This document shows positions 13,782-26,299 of a stretch of 64,000 nucleotides of DNA, in pieces (position 1 is the first letter of the stretch; each line of letters starts with the position of its first letter). Below the pieces are notes generated by a model. The model worked only from the letters and a program-made list of their open reading frames with translations. It did no database searches and was not told the DNA's origin. Position numbers and translations under genes: made by a program. The stretch spans positions 60,313,080-60,377,079 of the forward strand of contig NC_057719.1 of the NCBI RefSeq assembly GCF_004010195.1. Direction: 5' to 3'. Source of the DNA: Chiloscyllium plagiosum (lineage: Eukaryota).

Positions 13782-14199
13782 TCGTACTCACTCCAAGACA
13801 AGTATTTCCCTTTTTAGGTAAAGTCTAAATTATATGCAGTACTCTAGATGTGGCTTCCCCAATGCCTGTACAATTGCAGAAAAACTTTGTATTCTTAATA
13901 TCCTTGCAATAAATCCTAACACACTATTTGACTTTCTCATTGCTTGCTGTATCTGTATATTAACTTCTGTGTTTTGTGTGCAAAGAAACCCAATTCTCAT
14001 TGAACATCAACATTTAATAGTTTCTTATTATTCAAAAAATACACTTTTGAATTCATTCTGGCAAGAAAGAATTATTTAAGAGACAAACCTTACTTTTTTT
14101 TGCCTAAGTGTAAGTTGTTTGGTGGAATGATTTTCACCATGAGGCTGGGTAGGCTTTTTTTCACTGTATCTTATCAAACTTATCAGATTAATTGTCGCT

Positions 14200-14630
14200 T
14201 GAGCCCTTGCAGTGACATTCACACAATATTTCTGCCCCATCTTAACAAGCATTCCCAAAGCATCTTGCCAATCATTGGAGATTCCAGAACTGACCAGCAT
14301 TGCTGGTGCCATATTCAAAGGCTGTTGTGCACCCAGATAAGCATGGTCAGTCTGGAGTTGCCCTACATGGTTCCTGATATTTTCCCAAGACATGGCACAC
14401 AGGTGAAAATCCTTGCTCTACTTTGTGGGCAGGATCTGGGGTTCCTGCTGTATGGAGAGAGTCATGGGCAAGGACTTCCTTTTTCCCTTGGACAACCAAT
14501 AGAGGCCACAACATCAGACAATGCTTGCGTAGAATGAGGATGCCATTGTGATGAAGCAGTCTCAACCATCTGAAGGAATGCACATACTGTAAAAGCATCA
14601 ATGTCCTTTTCCACTTTGCCATGGTAGGTG
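14200..14630 (+). mobile_element. Possible very old L1/Tx1-clade ORF2 C-terminal remnant
   Basis: QDLGFLL...NACVE*GCHCDE...(frameshift)HLKECTYCK resembles the CCHC knuckle of Tx1-like RTs. Confidence 0.3.
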
Positions 14631-14684
14631 CCACCATTTCTCTTATTTTAAATAAATATCCTTCTTTCTGTTTTTTTTTATTAA

Positions 14685-15305
14685 TTTGTGGGATGTGGGT
14701 GTCGCTGGCTGATCATCATTTATTTCCCCTCCCAAGTTGCACTTGAGGAGGTGGTGATGAGCTGCCTTCTTGAACTGCTGCAGTGCGCATGCTGTAGGTT
14801 AATCCACAATGCCATTAGGCAGGTAATTACAGGACTTTCACCCATCAACAGTGACGAAATGGCGATATATTTCCAAATCAGGATGGTGAGCGGCTTGGAA
14901 GGGAACTTGCAGATTGTGTTCCCATGTATCTACTGCCCATGACATTCTAGATGGAAATGCACATGGGTTTGGTAGGTGCTACGTAATGAATGTCTGCAGT
15001 GCATCTTGTAGATAGTGCACAATGCTGCTACTGTGCATTGGTGGTAGACAGAGTGGATGCTTGTGGATGTGGTGCCAATCAAGTAGGCTTCTTCATTTTG
15101 AATGGTGTCAAGCTCCTTGAGTGTTGTTGGAGCTGCACCCAGCCAGCCAAGTGGAAAGTCAGGAGGTGAGTTGCTTGCCACAGTATTCCTAGCATCTGAC
15201 CTGCTCTTGTAGCCACTGTATTTATTTGGTGAGTCCAGTTGAGTTTCTGGTCAATGGTAACCCCCAGGTATATTAATAGTCAGGGATTCAGTGATGGTAA
15301 CAGTG
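14685..15305 (-). mobile_element. CR1/L2-group LINE 3' fragment
   Basis: ORF 14930-15181 WLGAAPTTLKELDTIQ...IYKMHC; 3' UTR CAGCTCA..ACCACCT shared with other copies in the window. Confidence 0.7.
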
Positions 15306-15605
15306 ATTATACTTTGCACTTGTTCTTTCTCTTCCCCACTCACCCTCACCACCCAAACTCTGACACCACTAACCTTGCACACCTTCTGCATCGTCTACTC
15401 ACTCACTCAGGGAACCTTGCCACCTGCACAACTGTGGTATCACTTTCATCTTCCAGAATACCGAACTGCCTCACATTAGAGTCATAGTCATACAGAACAG
15501 AAACAGATGCTTCAGAACAACTTGTCCTCCCAAACCAGACATTCCAATCTGACCTTGTCCATTTTGCCAGCATTTGGCCCATATCCCTCTAAACTTTTCT
15601 TATAT

Positions 15606-17875
15606 AAAACACTGAAAGAACTGCGAATGCTGTAAATCAGAAACAAAAACAGAAGTTGATGGAAACGCTGAGTAGGTCTGGCAGCATCTATGAAGAGAAA
15701 TCAAAGTTAAAGTTTTGGGTCTGGTGACCCTTCCTCAGAACTAATGGTAGCTGGGAAAATATTAGTTTATATGCAGACATTAGGGTGGGGCAAAGGGGTA
15801 AGGTGTAAACAATAGGTAGGGATTGAGTCCAAAGGGAGAGAAGAACAGTTGGACAAAGATGTAAATAACAATTTGGCTAGGAGGGTGAATAGCTGTTAAT
15901 GGAGACTGTCAGTAGCTAACAATGGATAGTGTATAATAGCAGACTATGCGATAACAAGTTGAAAAGTGTGGCGCTGGAAAAACACAGCAGGTGAAGAAGT
16001 ATCCAATATTTTGGGCATAAGCCATTCATCAGGAATGTGGAGGGGGAAGGGGGCTAAAAGATAAATAGGTGTGTAAGGGTGGGGCTGGAGGAAAGGTAGC
16101 TAGGAAGGTGATAGGTGGATGCAAGTCAGAAGTAATAGTAATAGGTCAGAGAGGAGGGTGGAGCGGATAGGTGGGAAGGAAGATGGTGGGAAGGTAGGAC
16201 AGGTCATGAGGATGGTGCTGAGTTGGAGGGTTGGATCTGGGATGATTGGAATGAGGGGAGATTTGGAAACTGGTGAAGTTGATGTTGATGCCGTGTAGTT
16301 GCAAGGTCCCAAGGTGGAAGATGAGGTGCTCTTCCTCCAGTTGGCGGTGGCTTTGATTTACTGGTGAAGGTGGCCCAGGACTTGCATGTCCTTGGGGGAG
16401 TTGAAGTGGTTGGCCACAGGGTGGTGGGGTTGTTTGGTGCGTATGTCCCAGAGATTCTCCCTGAATCACTGTGCGAGTTGGCATTCTGTCTCCCTGAAGT
16501 ACAGGGTACCACATCAAGAGCAACAGACACAGTAGATGAGGTGGGTGGATGAATCAACATGAGGTTTAAAACCGGTGCCCATACCTCCTGCCTCGTTTCT
16601 GTCCAAGGCCCTAATGAATACCAAGGACATGCAAGTCCTGGGCCGCCTCCATTGCCAATTTCCACCCCACCCTCACTTTCATTTGGTCTATCTCTGACTC
16701 CTTCCTTTCCACAACATCTCTGATTCCATTTCCGGGGATAGACTGACCACTAATATCCACTATAAACCCTCCCACTCCAACAGCTACCTGGACTATACAT
16801 CCTCGCAATCTCTCTCCTGTAAAGACTCTTTTCTCCCAGTTCCTCCGTTTCCGACACATATGTTCTGATGAGGCCAACTTCAACAAGGGAGCTTCCAAAA
16901 TGTCCACCTTTTTCCTCAACCAAGGATTACCCAGCACTGTTGTTGACTGGGCCCTCAACTGAATCTGACCTATCTCCTGCATTTCCACCCTTACCCCCTC
17001 CCTTTCCTCCTGCAACAGACTTAGGATTCCCCTTGTCCTTACCTACCATCCCCCCAGCATCCATATCCAGAAGATCATCAGCCAACATTTCTGCCATCTC
17101 CAGCGAGATGCCACCACCAGACACCACCCTTATCTGCCTTCCACAGGGACCATTCCCTCCAGAGTATTCGTCCTTCTCTCTCAACACACCCGACAGTCTG
17201 ATGGCACCTTCCCCTGCAACAAACAAAAGTGTAACACCAGCCCATTTATCTCCTCCCTTCTCAGAATACAAGGGCCAAGCATACCTTTCAGGTGAAGGAG
17301 CACTTCTCACAATCTAGTCTGCTGCTCACAATGTGGTTTCCTCTACATTGGGGAAATGAAGTGCAGACTGGGTGATCATGTCACAGAACATCTACATTCT
17401 GCCCATAAAAAATACCATGAGCTTCCAGTTGCCTGCCACTTTAACACACCACCCTGTTCCCTGGTCAACATCTCCATCTCAGCCTTACTGTAGTGCTCCA
17501 GTGAAATTCAACGCAAGCTGGAAGAACAACATCTCATTTTCCACCTGGGGCCTTGCAGCCCTCCAGACCCAATGCTGAGTTCTTTCATTTCAGTTCCTGA
17601 ACTCTCCATGTCCTCGCCCCCTATATCAGGCCTTGTTTTCACATGATCTGCCATTATATACTACCTATTGTTAGCCACTAAGTCTCCATTAACAGCTTTC
17701 ACTCTCCTAGCCAGATCATTACATTCCTTTGTCTGTCCAACTGTTCTTTTCTCTCTTAGGGCTGCATCCCCATATCATTTACTCATTACCCCTTCACCCC
17801 ACCCTATTTTCTGCATATTAAGAGAAATTTTCCTAGCTCCCAATTGGTCTGAGGAAGGGTCACTGGACCCAAAAT
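15606..17875. mobile_element. Composite nested PLE cluster with inverted pLTRs
   Basis: About 15715-15955 is the reverse complement of 17630-17872; second PLE end on the minus strand at 15958-16560; + strand RT thumb (IHYKPSHSNSYLDYTSS, FSQFLRFRHICSD) and GIY-YIG (LYIGE) at 16650-17600. Confidence 0.85.
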
Positions 17876-17879
17876 ACCC

Positions 17880-19535
17880 GGATGGTATTCTAAAGGAAAG
17901 CTGAAATCAATGGGTATCAGGAGGCAAACTCTCTGCTGATTGGACTCATACCTGGCACATAGGGAGATGGTTGTGGATGTTGGAGGTCAGTCATCTCAGC
18001 TCCAGGACATCTCTGTAGGAGTTCTTCAGGGTAGTGTCTTCGGCCCAATCATCTTCAGCTGCTTCATTAATGACCTACCCTCCATCTTAAAATGAGATTG
18101 GGGATTTTTGTGATGATTGCTAAATGTTCAGCACTATTTGAAACTCCTAAGATACTAAAGCAGCCTATGTTCAAATGCAACAAGATCTGGACAACATCCA
18201 GGCTTAAGCTTATTAGTGGCAAGCAAAGTTTGTGCCAAACAAATGCCAGGCTATGAACATCACCAATAAGAGACAATCTAACCACTGTTCCATGACAATC
18301 AATAGTGTTACCATCCCTGACTACCCTTCCATCAACATTCTGGGGGGGTTACCATTGACCAGAAACTCACTGGACTCACCATATAAATACAGTAGCTATA
18401 AGAGCAAGTCAGAGGCTAGGAATACTGGGGCAATTATCCCACCTCCTGACTTCCCAAAGCTAGTCCACAATCTACAAGGCACAAGTCAGGAGCATGATTA
18501 CTCCCTACTTGCCTGGATGAGTGCAGCTCCATCACACTGACCAAGCTTGACACCATCCAGGACAAAGCAGCCCACTTAATTGGCATCACATCCAGAAGCA
18601 TCCACTCGCTCCACCACCAACTCGCAATACATGTTGCTGCTACTATCTGCAAGATGCACAGCAGAAGTTCACCAAACATCCTTCGTCTGCACCATCCCAA
18701 CCTATGAGCATTTCCATCTAGAACGACAAGATCAGCAGATATATGGAAACGTCACCATCCGCAAGTTCCCCTCCAAGTCACTCATTATCCTGATTTGGAA
18801 ATATGTCACTGTTCTTTCACTGTCACAGATCAAAATCCTGGAAATCTCCCCTTTAGGGTATGTGGACTGCAATGTTCCCTTTCTTCTTTGCATGCTTTTT
18901 TTCTTCTTTTCAGTCTTTCTTTAACTACCTTCTGCTGGCAGGATCATGCAGACAATGGCAGCGGCTGGAAGTTTTGGCAGTCGGCCACAAATTGGCTGGT
19001 GTGCTGGGCAGAACTCTGGTGTTTGGCAGCATTGCGTCTTCTTTCAGGTCTTGGGCTATACCAGAGCAGGACTCCAGAGGGAGTGCAGTAGCAGGCAGCA
19101 CAGGGCGACCGGCAGCAAGAGTGGGAGCAGGAACAGGCTATAAGGTGGAGCTAGGCCACTCAGGGTGACGGTAGGAGCAACGTCTAGCCTGAAGCGGGGG
19201 AGGTCGAGCCTTGTGAGGACTGCGAGAGCAGTACGGTCAGGCACTTACGGACTGTGGTGTTGAACTCTGCTGTTTTTTTTCCACTTTTTAGTAAGAAGAA
19301 CTGTAATATTTAATTTTTTTAACTTTGTTTTCCTTATTATTCTGCTTTGTACCTAAGATTCTGCACCTGGGTACTGAAGATGGTGTCATAAGTAGTGACT
19401 TGTAAACTTTTCACTGTACTCATGTGAGTACATTTGATAATACACCTAATTCAATTCAAGTCAGCTCACTACCACCTTCTCAAGGGCAACTAGGCACAAG
19501 CAACAAATACTGGCCAGCCAACAATGCCCATGTTT
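17880..19535 (+). mobile_element. CR1/L2-group LINE RT and 3' end, split by an insertion at about 18875-19459
   Basis: GVLQGSVFGPIIFSCFINDLP, DDC and WMSAAPS motifs; 3' UTR resumes with CAGCTCACTACCACCTTCTCAAGGGCAAC at 19462. Confidence 0.75.
18875..19459 (+). mobile_element. Non-autonomous SINE-like insert with GC-rich body and (ATTCA)n LINE tail
   Basis: Interrupts the LINE 3' UTR; GC/CpG-rich segment 18955-19250; tail AAACTTTTCACTGTACTC...AATTCAATTCAA resembles 10210-10268. Confidence 0.55.
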
Positions 19536-19574
19536 TAAAAGATTTTTTAAAAATGTCATTAATGTCAAATCCAA

Positions 19575-20130
19575 CCCTGCCATACCACCCCATCAGTTTA
19601 CTCTCAATCATCAGGAAAGGTGTCATCAATAGTGCTATCAAGCAGCATCTGCTCAGCAGTAACCTGCTCAGTGTCACAAAGTTTGAGTTCTACCAGGATC
19701 ACTCAGCTCCTGACCTCATTACAGGCTTGGTTCAAACAAGGACAAAAGAGCTCATTTCAGAGGCGAGGTGAGTGTGACAGCCCTTGAAACCAAAACTGCA
19801 TTCAACAGAATGCAGCATCAAGGAGTCCTAGCAAAACTGGAATCAGTGGGAAATCAGGGGTAAACTCTCCACTGTTTGATGTCATACCTGGCACATAGAT
19901 GGTGGTTCTCATGGAGTCTTCTCAGCTCCATGATATCTCTGCAGGAGATCCTCAGGGTAGTGTCTCAGGCCCATCCATCTACAGTTGCTTTATCAATAAC
20001 AGTCCTTCTCCCCCAAGATTATAAGTGGGGATATTGGCCAATGATTGTACAATGTTCAGAACTATTCACAACTCCTCAGACTGAAGCAGTCCATGTCCAA
20101 ATGCACCAGGCCCTGGACAAAGTCCATATT
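19575..20130 (+). mobile_element. CR1/L2-group LINE RT fragment
   Basis: YHPISLLSIIRK, HSAPDLITGLVQ and PQGSV motifs. Confidence 0.7.
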
Positions 20131-21499
20131 CTGTGAATGAATAAAATATGTCTGGACCTGCCCTCTGAGCAGTTTGACAGTGCTAAACTCCTTTTAAACA
20201 TTGGCCTGTACGATATTTCTATTTAAATGGTGATACACTGCCCTTTTGAATGTTTCAACTGAAGCTGGCCCCACTGAACAATATTGTGCAATTACAAATC
20301 AATATTTCTCTGTATGTTATAAAAATAATTTTGATGGCTAGAATCAAATTTAAAATAAACCTAACGATAATAGAATCCTGTGCCGGACAAAAGCTGTTGA
20401 ATCTGTTTGCTTTCAGAAGTGAAAAAAAATCAGAAAATTCAACTTGGCATAGTGGAATGAAAATCTCTTACTTATCACAAAACAAAGACACAGGAAACAC
20501 CAGCTCATCATTTAGAAGCTTGCTTGGTAAATGATAATTATTATCAGCAATAAATGTGTTCAATTAAATATAGGCAGAGGCCAGTAACTGAAGGCAAAAC
20601 CTTTGATCATTTCACGAATATCATCTCAATGTTACATAGAGTGTCTGTGGAAAGCTTATTGTTCAAGGGAACAATAACAACTTTTATTCTTTTTTCAAAC
20701 TATTGCCCAAACATGATTTTGTTCTTGAAGATCTTACAAGGGAACCAAAATGCTCAACAGCATGCTTCAGCCCAAAAATGAAAAATAAAAGCATGGAGTA
20801 GCTATCACCACGTTAAAAAAAACATTAATGATGATGCTCCTCCAAGCTAAGTTCTTGGTGCATCAGCTTAGTTAAAAGTGAAAAAAAGAATCCAGCAAAA
20901 GAAACAATAACAATAAATTTGTAAAGGATTTCCTGAAGTAATTTCATCAGATGGTGATCTTGAAACCAAAAGTGACAAGCATATTGAAGACTAAAAATTA
21001 TTATAAAGATCACACCTTCTTTATCTCTCCCCTCACCCAAGATGCATTGACCTTCAGGTTAAACTACCAACAGTCATCTCTCTTGAAGGAGAGAAGAGCC
21101 TTGTAGAACTATGGATAACTTACTGAAGAGTAACTCAGATCTATTCTGCTGTAGAAGCAAAACTTATTGAGAAAGTAATATTGCTAAGCATACTTTGAAT
21201 TGAGTGCTAAATGATACAGAATAAAATCACTTAAATTTTGCATTTAGTTGCAGTTTTTGCATTCAATTTTAGCCAGAGCAGGTAAGTTTCCTAACTTCTG
21301 TAACTACCTTGTGCAAGTGAATGTATCCTGTGCAGCTGATAATACATTGTCTTTTTCATTAGTCTTATCAAGATAGTTATTTTCAGATACTAATATAGAA
21401 ATACTTAAAATCTTGTTGCAACTTATTCTGACACCCAAAAAACCTAGGGCATGAATGTTGTCATATTTTGGCAAAATGTCAATTTCATTGAATTTCATT

Positions 21500-23330
21500 G
21501 AGGGTTTCTCTCTATGAGGCCCAGTGAGATTTCTCACCATATCATCCCTAGCCTGCTTTATTAACTATCTACTCAGTCTTGACTGAAGCTTTAAAATGCT
21601 GTGTGAAATAACTCCACAGAGGCCAATATCATGTCAACAAATCACCCTCTACTTAAATATGGAGAGTCCTTGGCACTTAGTCCAGTACCCTCAGAGTCAG
21701 TTCTTAGTGTCAGAATGTCTGACACGCCTCTTTTTATCCATTTGCCAGGTCTGCCTGATTGGGGCTGTTAATCTAGTCCAATCAGGGAACTCATATTCTA
21801 TGAGGTCCGCCTGGCTGAACTTGTTACAATCACTACAGTGTGTGCATCCAATCAAGCTCTGTCAATTCAGAGTTGCCTAATAACTGACATTTGCCATGGA
21901 GACGCAAGAAGGGGAAGTTGACACATCACTGTATGGTCAGAGATTTGGAGGCCCTGGTGAATGGAATGATGCAGAGCAAGGCCTCTTCCCTCAGGACCAG
22001 CAGTGGAGGCCACAGCACCAGACTCTGCCAACTGGGCTGAAGTTCTCACCCAAGTTTGTGTGGTTGAGCTGTCTGGCAGAATGTCCAACAGTGTAGGAAG
22101 AAGGTCAATGACTTTCTCTGCTCAACCTAAGAGTCATCATCTCATTGCTGCTACTGTACACTCCTCTCACCATAGCTGATGCTTGACCATTCCCACCCTT
22201 GCTTGAAATACTTCGCTCAAACATTCTCATCTACCCAACAGCTAATACCACCAACTCTCTATGCCCTCTCCACTACCGACTCACTAACTTGGGACAACTC
22301 ACCACGTACCCCCACGCCAGCATGAACAGCTGTGCCACCCACTTTCCTCTCACTGTAAGCCCCCAATTTCTCTCATTCCAAAAGAAAACAGCCCAAAGGA
22401 GGGCAGAAAGAGCCAAAGCAAGTGGCATATAAACTGAGCTTCAGCTCCTCACTCCAAGGAGAGAATCCTGAGAATGCCCCAAAAGGCCCATTAACCATGC
22501 CTGAGCTTTGGGATTGATAAGAGATGTTGCTCCTCTCTTCCTGTACCAGGACCCCTGACTGAAATCTGTTTCCCTTGAATTGATGGAAGGTAGTTGATAA
22601 TGAATGACAAGCATTCTAGCTTTGCGTCTGTGCTAAATGCCAAGGCAAGACAAAACAATGTGAGCCTGGTAGCTCTGGCTGATGGGACAAAGGACTCCAA
22701 GGCAAGACAAGGCAGGGATGCTGTGAGAATCTGAGTAGGCTCACCAGGAGAATGAACTCTAGCTACGTGAGCAAGCGAGGACCCCTGAGATGCAGACTGG
22801 TCTAAATTGTGACGGGGTGCCTGAAATTATGCAATGCTATTTTCCAGTGGACCCTGAAGATTTAAAGTGTAGAAGCACCGCTAAGTGGATCAGAGAGGTG
22901 CCATGAGGGCCTTGAGAGGCAGGGGGTGGATATCAGATGACAGTCTGTGAATGTGGGGTACATGTAACTGGTGCCCTGGAATGTGGCCCCGAAAGATAGT
23001 TGCTGGATGTCCAGAATGGTGATCCAAAGGTGCAATCAGTGCATTAAAGTCACCAAAGTCTCTTCTCAATACCTGGAACTCTGCTTGAAAGTGCAGCTAG
23101 TTGCTCGTGACATCAAGAAAAGTCTTGCCCAACTTTGCATATGATTCTCTCAGATTTCTCACCATAGTTCTTGGCGTTCAGGTCCTGACAAGGTTCTGTC
23201 CCTCATCATCTATTTGCAAAGCTTTGTGTAGTGCTAATAATCATTTATTCCGGCTAAAGTTCTGGAAGCAACCAATTTGTGCCTGATATAAACGGGGAGA
23301 GATGTGGGATCATTTCCCCTTATTCCCACC
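21500..23330 (+). mobile_element. Decayed PIF/Harbinger-related element with two-exon Myb/SANT remnant
   Basis: 21896-22125 RDLEALVNG...LFPQDQQWRPQHQTLP.WAEV...QQCRKKVNDFL (frameshifted); 22381-22465 KKTAQRRAERAKASG...LLTP; boundaries approximate. Confidence 0.65.
21597..21838 (-). mobile_element. Short solo LTR (about 240 bp)
   Basis: TG...CA termini (TGCTGT...CACTACA), inverted CCAAT pair, homologous to 36170-36399; no TSD seen. Confidence 0.55.
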
Positions 23331-23389
23331 TCTTGAATGACAACAGCAAATTATTATTTTGAACTGCCATTTTAATCCCTTGAATGCTG

Positions 23390-24550
23390 TGACTTGACAC
23401 CTTCCCTCCTGGAAATCTAAGTACAGTATGTCTACAGGCTCAGTCTTATCTCCAATACATGTTGCTCTTTCAAAAACTTCAATAGATTAGTTCAACATGA
23501 TTCCCTTCCCACAAAACCTTGCTGACTTTTCCTGATTATTTTAAGTTTTTCTAAGTACCTAACTATAACCTCATTAATAATTGTTGCTAACACCTTCCCA
23601 AAATAGATATCAAACTTTCTAGCCTGTAGCTTTCTCCTTTCCGTCTCAAACCTTTCCACATTTAGGAGGTGTATAGTTGTTAATTTCCAGTCTGATGGAA
23701 CTTTGTCAGAATTTTGAAACTTTAACACTACTGCATTTCATATATCTTATGAGTAACTTCTTTTAAAACCCCAGGACAAATTCCATCAGGACCCTGAGAT
23801 TTGTCAGGCCGCAGCTCCATCAGTTTGCTCAGTACCATTTCCTAAAGGATTGCATTTGCCAAGCACCTCTCACCCCCCATCCTCCTGGCAGGTATTGCTG
23901 AAATATTTTTGTGAAGAGAAAAGCAAAATATTTGTCTATTATATTTGTCATTTTCTTATTATCTACTAATAACAACCGAGTTGCACGCTCTGAAGGACCA
24001 ACACTTACTTTATTTACCCAAAGAAAAATTGCTGGAAAATCTCAGCAGGTCTGGCAGCATCTGTAAGGAGAGAAAAGAGCTGACGTTTCAAGTCTAACTG
24101 ACTGTCAAAGCTTTGATAAAGGGTCAGTTAGACTCGAAACGTAAGCTCTTTTCTCTCCTTACAGATGCTGCCAGACCTGCTGAGATTTTCCAGCATTTTC
24201 TCTTTTGGTTTCAGATTCTAGCATCTGCAGTAATTTGCTTTTACTTACTTTATTTACTCCTTTTTAAATACCTGCAGAAATCCATGCTTTTTCTTACATT
24301 TCTAACTTCTTCAATTTCTTCTTTTTATTAATCTCCATCATTCTTTGCTATTCTTTGTACTATGACAAATCAGTTGACCTGCCTCTCACCTTTGTGCATT
24401 ATATGTTTTTTTTCTGATGTTTGAGGCTTTCCTTAATTTATTTAGTCCACAGATGGTGGATCCTCACTTCAGAATTCTTTTAAGTAGGAATATACTTACA
24501 ATATCCTCTTAAGTGTCTGCCACTTCATCTCTATTGATCTTTCCTCTAGT
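23390..24550 (-). mobile_element. Old CR1 LINE ORF2 fragment
   Basis: ORF 23492-23728 KVPSDWK...KSQQGFVGRESC; interrupted at 24018-24242. Confidence 0.65.
24018..24242. mobile_element. Spacer-less palindromic PLE-derived mini element with perfect 15-bp TSD
   Basis: Arms 24018-24110 and 24111-24208 centred on AAAG|CTTT; ACTTACTTTATTTAC at 24003-24017 and 24243-24257. Confidence 0.85.
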
Positions 24551-25209
24551 ATGCCAATGTCGATTCCCAGTGGAATTTTTTGACACAGATCTTCCTGCAG
24601 CTGGAGTGACTTTGGCATCAACATGAGCTGCTGACTTGTCTCAACATTTTGCAGCTCAATTATCACTTCCATTATGCTTGAAATCCAAAATGATTAATTT
24701 ATTCACAGGAAAAGAGCATGCGAGAATACTGATGGTTACAGGAAATGTCCATTTTTTAAATTCAAATTTCCTGATGTTTGCAATCTGTTATTGCATAGAC
24801 TGCTGATCACTCTCTTTCAAAAATCAAAATCGATTACAAAGATGCCTTTGTATTACAACAGAACCAGAGTAGTTGTCAGTATGAACTGTTCTTTCAATGG
24901 AAAATGAATGCATGAGAAAAAATCGACATGTCTAAAACAAAAGTTAAACTTTCGAATGAAAACACTAGCAAGGAACCATTTCAATTAAATTTTGAATAAA
25001 CATGAATGTTGAATTTTTCTGTACATAGATTGAAATCGTTTTATTGCAATAATATTCAGATTGTGTTTTTATGGAAAAGATGATAAAGGTAAGCAAAATT
25101 TTAGATTTCAGGATCAGGATGGGACTCAGCCCATCCTGGAAACAGGTACACCACTGTTCAAAACACCCCAGACTGTTGCATCTACATTTCTTGGTGCTTC
25201 ATGAACTTT

Positions 25210-26035
25210 TCATAGAGTCATAGAGATGTACAGCATGGAAACAGACCCTTCGGTCCAACCCGTCCAATGCCGACAAGATATCCCAACCCAATCTAGTCCC
25301 ATCTGCCAGCATGCGGCCCATATCCCTCCAAACCCTTCCTATTCATATACCCATCCAAATGCCTCTTAAATGTTGCAATTGTACCAGCCTCCACCACATC
25401 CTCTGGCAGCTCATTCCATACACGTACCACCCTCTGTGTGAAAAAGTTGCCTCTTAGGTCTCTNNNNNNNNNNNNNNNNNNNNNNNNNNNNNNNNNNNNN
25501 NNNNNNNNNNNNNNNNNNNNNNNNNNNNNNNNNNNNNNNNNNNNNNNNNNNNNNNNNNNNNNNNNNNNNNNNNNNNNNNNNNNNNNNNNNNNNNNNNNNN
25601 NNNNNNNNNNNNNNNNNNNNNNNNNNNNNNNNNNNNNNNNNNNNNNNNNNNNNNNNNNNNNNNNNNNNNNNNNNNNNNNNNNNNNNNNNNNNNNNNNNNN
25701 NNNNNNNNNNNNNNNNNNNNNNNNNNNNNNNNNNNNNNNNNNNNNNNNNNNNNNNNNNNNNNNNNNNNNNNNNNNNNNNNNNNNNNNNNNNNNNNNNNNN
25801 NNNNNNNNNNNNNNNNNNNNNNNNNNNNNNNNNNNNNNNNNNNNNNNNNNNNNNNNNNNNNNNNNNNNNNNNNNNNNNNNNNNNNNNNNNNNNNNNNNNN
25901 NNNNNGCAACATCCTTGTAAATCTTTTCTGAACCCTTTCAAGTTTCACAACATCTTTCCGATAGGAAGGAGACCAGAATTGCATGCAATATTCCAACAGT
26001 GGCCTAACCAATGTCCTGTACAGCCGCAACATCAT
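25210..26035 (-). mobile_element. Young CR1 (HER1-like) LINE 3' end spanning the assembly gap
   Basis: MLRLYRTLVRPLLEYCMQFWSPSYRKDVVKLERVQKRFTRML; tail with CTCTATGA repeats. Confidence 0.9.
25464..25905. other. Assembly gap (442 N)
   Basis: Run of N. Confidence 1.
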
Positions 26036-26299
26036 CAACTGAATTACATAGAATTACCTTCAAAGGAATACCCATCTTATTCTCCTTAGAAGAATCAACA
26101 ATGAAACAATTAGCTATTTAGAATAATGATTCAAGCGATGAGTAGCGAACAACTTGCAAACTAGAGTGCTACTTAGCAAAAATGAATAAGTGAAACAGAA
26201 TGCAGTTAAAAAGAAATACTGCATAGTTAAAACTGTGTATTTTTTAATTCATCTGGAAGCAACTTGCTCTATCTGACATTTTTTCTGTGCCTTATGATT

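Noticed and set aside
14076..14393. Minus-strand ORF ending at a GTAAGG donor, considered as a host exon
   Set aside because: All three frames from the best upstream acceptor hit stops, and the + strand resembles a decayed Tx1/L1 remnant
24480..24675. Minus-strand open frame MEVIIELQNVETSQQLMLMPKSLQLQEDLCQKIPLG
   Set aside because: No donor site, and it runs into a CR1 remnant
25411..26038. Long ORFs of 160-194 aa in the track
   Set aside because: They run through the N gap; the real residues are CR1 ORF2
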